From the NCBI GenBank assembly GCA_963843375.1, contig CAWJKT010000004.1, forward strand, positions 320,001-384,000: a stretch of DNA of 64,000 nucleotides, given 5' to 3'. Position 1 is the first letter of the stretch; each line of letters opens with the position of its first letter. This DNA comes from an uncultured Pseudomonadota bacterium. Lineage in GTDB: Bacteria; Oederibacteriota; Muellerivitia; Muellerivitales; Muellerivitaceae. The notes under the pieces were generated by a model. The model saw only the letters and a list, made by a program, of their open reading frames with translations, was not told the DNA's origin and searched no databases. Below are positions 58,144 to 64,000 of this stretch, in pieces. The translations under genes and the position numbers were made by a program.

Positions 58144-58872
58144 ATGAAACCCAACCGGCTTGTTTTATTCGACATTGACGGCACCATCCTCTCCACCGAT
58201 CGCGCCATTTGGGAAGACCCCTTCCGCGAGGGAATGGAGACGGCATTCAGGGAAGCGGGGGACCCCCGGACTATCGATACCCAGCATTACCGGATGGGAG
58301 GCAAAACCGACACCCAGATCATCCATGAAATCCTAGGGCAAAACGGCCTGGATGAACCCATCATCACAAAGATGCTGCCAATCATCGCCAAAACCTACAT
58401 GGGCCTATTGCGGGAAAAGGTGAAGAAGAGGCCGGATTACATTAAGCTCAAGCCGGGAATTGAAGCGCTTTTGGCTGATCTTCATCAACATCCCGATGTC
58501 CTGTTGGGCCTCCTGACGGGCAATTTCGAGGAAGGCGCCTACCTCAAGCTCTCCGCCCATGGGCTGGACCGCTATTTCTCTTTCGGGGCTTTCGGCGAGA
58601 ATGCCCGGCAAAGGTCCGAACTCCCCCAAAGGGCTTTGGATGCCGCTGAAAAAAAGTATGGCCACAAATTTTCTAAAAAAGAAATCGTCATCATTGGGGA
58701 CACTCCCAATGACATCCACTGCGGCCGCCATCTTCATGTGCGCACTATCGCGGTGGCCACCGGGCCATATAACCTGGAACAGCTTTCCCTGGAGAAACCG
58801 GACTTTGTTTTTGCCGATTTCCGTGACAAGGCCAGGGTTCTTTCCGCTATTTTGGATATATTTCCTCAATAA
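58144..58872 (+). CDS. HAD family phosphatase
   Basis: LFDIDGT, GKTD, GLLTGN and IIGDTPNDI. Confidence 0.92.
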   Translation: MKPNRLVLFDIDGTILSTDRAIWEDPFREGMETAFREAGDPRTIDTQHYRMGGKTDTQIIHEILGQNGLDEPIITKMLPIIAKTYMGLLREKVKKRPDYIKLKPGIEALLADLHQHPDVLLGLLTGNFEEGAYLKLSAHGLDRYFSFGAFGENARQRSELPQRALDAAEKKYGHKFSKKEIVIIGDTPNDIHCGRHLHVRTIAVATGPYNLEQLSLEKPDFVFADFRDKARVLSAILDIFPQ

Positions 58873-58970
58873 TCCTCCGTAACCTAAAAAGTAATTTTTT
58901 TTGTAACCTTCCGGGGTTGACCCTCTATTCAATTACAGCGTCATTTCGCATGTAAAATTTGGAGGGTTTC

Positions 58971-59637
58971 ATGAAAAAAGCATCGTTGTTTACTGTTGTT
59001 TTATTATTTGTTACTGTTTCAGCCATTCTTACCGGATGCCCCCGAAGTACCTATAATCCTTCCTCTCCCTATTTAGCGACCAATACCTTTACCGCGACCC
59101 CTACGGCCACGGGGCCCACTTTCACGGTCACCTCTACTCCAACCCTACGGCTACGGCGACTATCACGAATACGCCAACTGTTACGTCTACGGCCACGATC
59201 ACAAACACTCCCACGATTACTTCGACTTTCACTTTTACGGGTACTCCTACTAACACCGCGACCATACGCCCACCTCGACGCCCGTCACCATTACGGTTTC
59301 ACCGCGTCCCATCGTTAGATTCCAGGATATATTTATACGGTGAACGGGGTATCCAACAGCTCCGGCGGCCTGCTTGTTCTGACCGCCCATGTGGGAGATA
59401 CCATCGTGTGGCCGCTTCAACCCGGATTCTGGGTTTCATCCATTGTATTTCGATGCGGGAAGCAGCAGCTGCATCTATTCGGGCATCACCAGTACCCAGG
59501 AAACTTATACATTCACTTCCACTGGAACTTATTATTTTCACTGTGGAAACCACGCAAACAGCTGCAGCGCTGGGGATGGGGCTTGTGGTTCGACCAATTG
59601 CAATGGCATGGCAGGGGTTATTACCGTTTCCCCTTAA
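58971..59637 (+). CDS. Lipoprotein with a Thr/Pro stalk and C-terminal cupredoxin (type 1 Cu) domain, broken by several indels
   Basis: Lipobox LTGC; T/P tract continues across frames; LTAHVGDTIVW, FHPL and YTFTSTGTYYFHCGNH...GMAGVITV. Frame changes near 59143, 59263, 59297-59325 and 59414. Confidence 0.7.
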
Positions 59638-59654
59638 TCCGCCCTTTCTGGTTT

Positions 59655-59689
59655 AAGGCCTCCGTTCCACTCTCCCGGGGGCCTTTTTT
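59655..59689 (+). terminator. Intrinsic terminator
   Basis: AAGGCCTCCG...CGGGGGCC followed by TTTTTT. Confidence 0.75.
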
Positions 59690-59796
59690 ATTTACGGTTC
59701 AGGCCCTACTCCCAAAAAATTGATTTTTACATGGCGACCTTTTTGCCATGCCGGTGATATATTTGGGCCTTCTTAATTCAACCAAAGAGGCTTTCC

Positions 59797-60630
59797 ATGA
59801 CCACCCATATCCGCTTGGCCCACAGCCCGGACGCCGACGACGCCTTCATGTTTTACGGACTGGCCAAGAACAAGATCGACACCGAAGGCATCGAGTATGA
59901 GCACGTCCTGAAGGATATCCAGACCCTCAACGAATGGGCGCGGGAAGGCCGCATGGAAGTGACCGCCATCTCAGCCCACGCCTATGCCTATGTGAAGGAT
60001 AAATACGCCATCCTGACCCATGGGGGAAGCATCGGGAAGAACTATGGCCCCATGATCGTGGCCAAGGAAGACAAGCCCATTGAAAGCTTCCAAGGAAAGA
60101 AGATCGCCATTCCGGGAAAACTCACCAGCGCCTACCTGGCTTTCAAGCTTTGCCTGCCCGATTTCCAGGAAGTAATGGTCCATTTCGACGAGATCATGGA
60201 GGAAGTCGTGAAGGGAAATGTGGACGCGGGTCTCATCATCCACGAGGGCCAATTGACCTACCGGGAAAAGGGATTACACAAGATCATCGACTTGGGGGAA
60301 TGGTGGTTCAAAAAAATGGGAATGGTCTTGCCCATGGGGGTCAACGCCATCCGACGGGATTTGCCTGATGAGGTGAAGAAAAAAGTTTCCGGCCAATTGA
60401 AAGAATCCATCCAATACTCGCTTGACCACCGGGAAGCTGCCCTGGATTACGCCTTGGCCTTCGGGCGCGGCCTTTCCAAAGAAGTGGCCGACAAGTTCGT
60501 TGGGATGTGGGTCAACGACCGCACGGTGGACATGGGAGATGAAGGCAAACAAGCCATTCGGGAGTTTCTCAAACAGGGCGAACAGAAAAAACTTATTCCC
60601 GTTGTCGGCGAAATCGAATTCGTCAACTGA
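59797..60630 (+). CDS. mqnD: 1,4-dihydroxy-6-naphthoate synthase (futalosine menaquinone pathway)
   Basis: HSPDADDAFMFYGL, DIQTLN, YGPMIV, IPGKLTSA, GLIIHEGQLTY, DLGEWW and MWVN. Confidence 0.88.
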   Translation: MTTHIRLAHSPDADDAFMFYGLAKNKIDTEGIEYEHVLKDIQTLNEWAREGRMEVTAISAHAYAYVKDKYAILTHGGSIGKNYGPMIVAKEDKPIESFQGKKIAIPGKLTSAYLAFKLCLPDFQEVMVHFDEIMEEVVKGNVDAGLIIHEGQLTYREKGLHKIIDLGEWWFKKMGMVLPMGVNAIRRDLPDEVKKKVSGQLKESIQYSLDHREAALDYALAFGRGLSKEVADKFVGMWVNDRTVDMGDEGKQAIREFLKQGEQKKLIPVVGEIEFVN

Positions 60631-60645
60631 ACCATCGGGGGTTCC

Positions 60646-60981
60646 TTGAAATCGAAAAACAAGGGCCAATGGCATTTATACGTCGCTGAATGTGTCGACG
60701 GTTCGTATTACACCGGAATCGCCAAAGATGTTGAGAAACGCATCGATGCCCACAATTCGGGAAAAGGAAGCAAATACACCGCCACGCACCGGCCCGTCAA
60801 GTTGGTCTTCCGGGAATCCCAAGCCAATTACTCGGCTGCACTCCGGCGCGAGTATCAAATCAAAACCCTTTCTAAAAATCGCAAGGTCCGTTTTGTTGCG
60901 GGGGAGAAGTTGCCAAAACCTTCCCGGAAATCCAAGATGAGTTTTCAAAGGAAAAAAAGCCGGGGGAAATCCAGCCAATAA
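60646..60981 (+). CDS. GIY-YIG nuclease family protein (UPF0213/YhbQ-like)
   Basis: LYVAECVDGSYYTGIAKDVEKRIDAHNSGKGSKYT..RPVKL...ALRREYQIK. Confidence 0.9.
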   Translation: MKSKNKGQWHLYVAECVDGSYYTGIAKDVEKRIDAHNSGKGSKYTATHRPVKLVFRESQANYSAALRREYQIKTLSKNRKVRFVAGEKLPKPSRKSKMSFQRKKSRGKSSQ

Positions 60982-61383
60982 GGAAAACGTTACTGCATTT
61001 CCTTCGTGGAGTTTTTTGCAGAAAAGGACGGAACCATTTCATGGAAATCACACAAAAAATGACTATACTCAAACAAATAGGTTTCCACCCGCAGGTGGCG
61101 GCCCAATTCGGGAAATCCACTCCCAAGTATAAATGCCGATTCTTGGTAAAATGTGGCGATGGACAGGAAACGGCAAAAGCATCAGCAACATGCTGACCTT
61201 GGGGGAGGGTTACAGGTCTGAATGGGCCGTAACCGATGACGGCAAGGACGCTCGGGAAACCCCATTGGCGGTTGAAAAATTTTTTCAACGCCGAGAGGAA
61301 AGCGTGACCTGAGTTTATCCTTGGTGATATAAAAACGGGGATGGGCGTTTTAAGGGCAGGGAAATAAAATCAAGGGGATTGCC

Positions 61384-62582
61384 ATGAAACGAAATGCGCT
61401 ATTAGCTTTTGTATTTTTTTTAATTCCGGCCTTGGCCGTCTGGGCGAGTCATAATAGCGGCGGTGGCGGCCGTTCAGGTGGTTTTGGAGGCAGAGGTTCC
61501 CGGCAACCGGTGGTCATCAATATAGCCGGCCCTCCAGCGGCGGACATAACCGAAACTTCCCTTCCCAGCAGAGTTACCCGTCGGCCAACCGCCAACCATC
61601 CTATGGACGCATTCAAAGGGGCGCCCCGGGTGCCACGAACTCGTTTCGTGGGACAGATTTGAAACCCTACTCAAGCCCCGGCATGCACGCGGCGGTTTCC
61701 ATTCATCACCACCCCTATAGCACGGGTTACGTGCGCAAGAAACTCCAGAATATCGGCGTCAAAAACGAACCCAGCTACATCACCGACCGCGCCGAAATCA
61801 TCCATACTGATCGGGCCCATTCCACCATTGGCTTCCCTCGGATAGGGCCAGATCATAACGCCCTTTCGGCCACGGCCTTTTCCTCCCGGCATTTCAATGA
61901 CCCGATAGTCCGGGGCCACATGGCCCTCGTGGACGGGCCGGAGTGGCGTTCCCGTATCGACGGGTTCAACCGGACCGAATTCGAACGCGGCCGTTATTAC
62001 TGGCACGCCGGCGACGGCTTCAACTATTGCCATTACATCGACGGATCCGGTTACCATTGGTGGGGATGGTACCTGGGGAACCAGTTTTTTTGGAACCGTT
62101 ATTTCGGCGGTCGTTGGTGGTGGTACGATTCGGACTTTGACCGCTGGTGTTTCTGGAACGAAGGCTTCTGGTGGTGGCAAGATCCCTATCATGTGGGTGA
62201 CCTCTACTGCTACAACGACGACACCTATGTCCCCTGCAACTCAGCGGAAGATCAAGTGGTCGTGCAAGGCTCTGCGGGCGTCCAATTCCAGAGCTACACC
62301 AGCCCTGACGGAACACGTCTCGTCAAGGTGGCCGCCGACACTCAGGACGCCTTTCTCTACGACACGGCGAATCCTCCAACATTCAATCCCATTTACCTAG
62401 CATCGGGAGTCGAAAGCGTCCAGTTTTCCAATACCAGCAATGGAAGGCCTTTGGAAATTATCCTGAAGCTCAACGATGGTTCCTTCGACGTGTTGGATGG
62501 GCAGGGAACTCCTTACAGTCCTGGCACCACCGACGACGGCCAGTCCGCCCCGGCCGGCGCTCCAGAGAACAGCGGCACCTAA
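61384..62582 (+). CDS. Secreted protein with a Gly/Arg-rich N-terminus and Trp-rich domain, frameshifted near 61500
   Basis: Signal peptide MKRNALLAFVFFLIPALAVWA. Removing one C near 61500 and one near 61507 gives GRGSGNGGHQYSR..., open into the 61659-62582 ORF containing YHWWGWY...RWWWYD...FWWWQDP. Confidence 0.65.
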
Positions 62583-62610
62583 TACCCAATCGATAAGTCA
62601 GCATTTTTTC

Positions 62611-62638
62611 TGTCCACTCAGGATTTCCTGAGTGGACA
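62611..62638. repeat. Perfect 12-bp inverted repeat
   Basis: TGTCCACTCAGG-ATTT-CCTGAGTGGACA, with no following U tract on either strand. Confidence 0.7.
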
Positions 62639-62734
62639 AAGGATGCGGAGCTGTGCGAGGAACTGCCGGAAAGTCTACTTTCACTAATTGATTTATTTTG
62701 AATCCGCTTCCTACCTCAAAGATATTTCTTCATC

Positions 62735-62876
62735 TTGAATTTCTTGTTAACTTTATGTAACTTTTCACGGTTCTGCTTGGCAGCAGAATCATGAACCGGC
62801 CTGGAGTTTGGTTTTTTAGGTGCCGGTTTTATGTTGGTTTTTCTTTCTTGTCCTGTCCCCTGACGGAACAAGAAAT
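62735..62876 (+). promoter_or_regulatory. Sigma70 promoter and three-hairpin 5' UTR of the outer-membrane protein gene
   Basis: TTGAAT-17bp-TAACTT; hairpins GGTTCTGCT/AGCAGAATC, AACCGGC/GCCGGTT and TTTCTTGT/ACAAGAAA. Confidence 0.5.
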
Positions 62877-62897
62877 AAAATTTTAAGGAGAGAAAGA

Positions 62898-63572
62898 ATG
62901 AAAAAGACTTTAGCCTTGGCCATGGGATTGGTGTTGACGGCTTCCGTTTCGTTTGCCGCCGATGCGCCATCCAGCAGTACCGCAGTCAGCAGCTCAGCGA
63001 CCAGTACTACGGCAGCCAGTTCAACGGCTACCAGCAGCACGACTTCCAGCGGTTCCGATAGCGGAAAAATGGTGATTCAGCTCCAAGGCGGGTTAACCAT
63101 CCCGACTAGCAGTGGTTTGGCGAATTTTACGACCGCCGGACCGAGTATTGAGGGCATGATCGGCTACGCTTTTTCCAAGGATTTCACCTTGGGCTTGGAG
63201 AGCGGTGTGGAAGAATGGGACACCCAGTCCAAGTATGGTGTGGGTGGGATCAACCATGTGCCCCTGGAATTGGTCGGCCAATATAACTTCGCGGGTGGTC
63301 CGGTGGTTCCTTACGTGGATTTGGGCGTCGGCTTGGCTTTCGACTGGTCCACTAATTTCATCTCCAGCCAAACGAATTTTGAATTGGATCCGGGAATCGG
63401 CGTCGCTTTCAACCTCGCCAAGGATTTCAACCTCTTTGTCCAAGGCAAATTGGCCATGGATTTCAACTCCACGGGTAAGGGTGGGGAAAGCATTGCCGCC
63501 CCCAACAGCGCTACGCCGGACAGCCCGCTCATGTCGATTCCTGTCCAGCTTGGCGTGAATTTTTTGCTTTAA
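62898..63572 (+). CDS. Outer-membrane beta-barrel protein (OmpW/OmpA-like) with a Ser/Thr-rich N-terminal tract
   Basis: Signal peptide MKKTLAL...SFA after SD AAGGAG; alternating beta strands, PYVDLGVG and C-terminal QLGVNFLL. Confidence 0.85.
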   Translation: MKKTLALAMGLVLTASVSFAADAPSSSTAVSSSATSTTAASSTATSSTTSSGSDSGKMVIQLQGGLTIPTSSGLANFTTAGPSIEGMIGYAFSKDFTLGLESGVEEWDTQSKYGVGGINHVPLELVGQYNFAGGPVVPYVDLGVGLAFDWSTNFISSQTNFELDPGIGVAFNLAKDFNLFVQGKLAMDFNSTGKGGESIAAPNSATPDSPLMSIPVQLGVNFLL

Positions 63573-63591
63573 GCTGAAGTTTTTAGTCTTC

Positions 63592-63627
63592 AACCCCGTT
63601 TTCCTTTGGGAGGGCGGGGTTTTTTTA
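63592..63627 (+). terminator. Intrinsic terminator
   Basis: AACCCCGTTTTCC-TTTG-GGAGGGCGGGGTT followed by a T run. Confidence 0.8.
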
Positions 63628-63713
63628 TTTTCGGGTGGTCAATCGGGCTTATCCCTAAAAATTGGTTTCTTGCCCGGGCCGGGACTTATCCATCATCCAT
63701 TGGAAGAAGAGTC

Positions 63714-64000
63714 TTAGTCGTTCCAGGGGCCCTTCCAAGTGTTTAGGTCACTGGTATTTGTTTTTTGATTGGCAATCAAAACCAGGTCCTCCCCGTATTT
63801 CACGGGATACCACTCCCTCAAAGCGGTCTTTAACTCATCCAGGTCCCCCCGATGGGCGACACATAAAACCAATTTGGGGGAATCGAAAATGGCCTTCAGG
63901 CCCTTGGGGTCGTTTAAAAAAGTTTCTGCGGCATGGTCGGAGAAAAATAAAAGGGAGTTGTTTAAGCCATAATAGTCCTCCCGAAGGGCGACCAGGGCGG
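63714..64000 (-). CDS. 3' end of a gene entering from outside the window, function unassigned
   Basis: Open minus-strand frame ALVALREDYYGLNNSLLFFSDH...VKYGEDLVLIANQK...WND, stop TAA at 63716-63714. Confidence 0.6.
   Translation of the reverse strand, partial: ALVALREDYYGLNNSLLFFSDHAAETFLNDPKGLKAIFDSPKLVLCVAHRGDLDELKTALREWYPVKYGEDLVLIANQKTNTSDLNTWKGPWND

Noticed and set aside
60646..60981. GIY-YIG gene as a homing endonuclease or mobile element
   Set aside because: It is the short stand-alone UPF0213 type, operonic with mqnD, with no intron, intein or flanking repeats.
61041..61310. Small ORF MEITQKMTILKQIGFHPQ... (61041-61196), possibly frameshifted into a second frame ending at 61310
   Set aside because: Only a faint resemblance to DUF1858-like proteins; cannot be supported without a homology search.

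Overview
Chromosomal window from a moderately GC-rich diderm bacterium (it has an outer-membrane beta-barrel gene and the futalosine-pathway gene mqnD). I can support about 55 protein-coding genes, mostly single genes or short operons for transport (Pit, EamA, CstA, MarC, an APC/KimA-like permease, two MFS), redox and stress (MsrB, Ohr, DipZ, an old yellow enzyme, flavodoxin-like proteins), signalling (CHASE3-PAS histidine kinase, PilZ, a membrane PAS protein, HPr), a BrnT/BrnA toxin-antitoxin pair, an AAA+/VWA pair and a tandem-domain ThyX. I found no rRNA, tRNA, CRISPR array, transposase, integrase or phage genes. The most coherent unexplained theme is at the cell surface. Several exported proteins and lipoproteins carry mucin-like Thr/Pro or Ser/Thr tracts, two of them ending in a FlgD-Ig/T9SS-CTD-like domain. 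The same window encodes three GT-C-type membrane glycosyltransferases (a convergent paralogous PMT/ArnT-like pair and a DUF2723/TMEM260-like enzyme) and an acyltransferase-3, which suggests a protein O-glycosylation and sorting system. Other leads are a cupredoxin lipoprotein with an 18-residue Cys-rich His-to-Met loop, three candidate structured RNAs (5681-5773, 8304-8510 and a GGA-rich CsrB-like stretch at 28752-28890), a probable ACG start codon and a leaderless ArsR gene with a double operator. Five genes are broken by single-base indels in very short runs, which most likely reflects sequencing or assembly error rather than pseudogenisation. All family calls come from reading motifs by eye; no searches were run.
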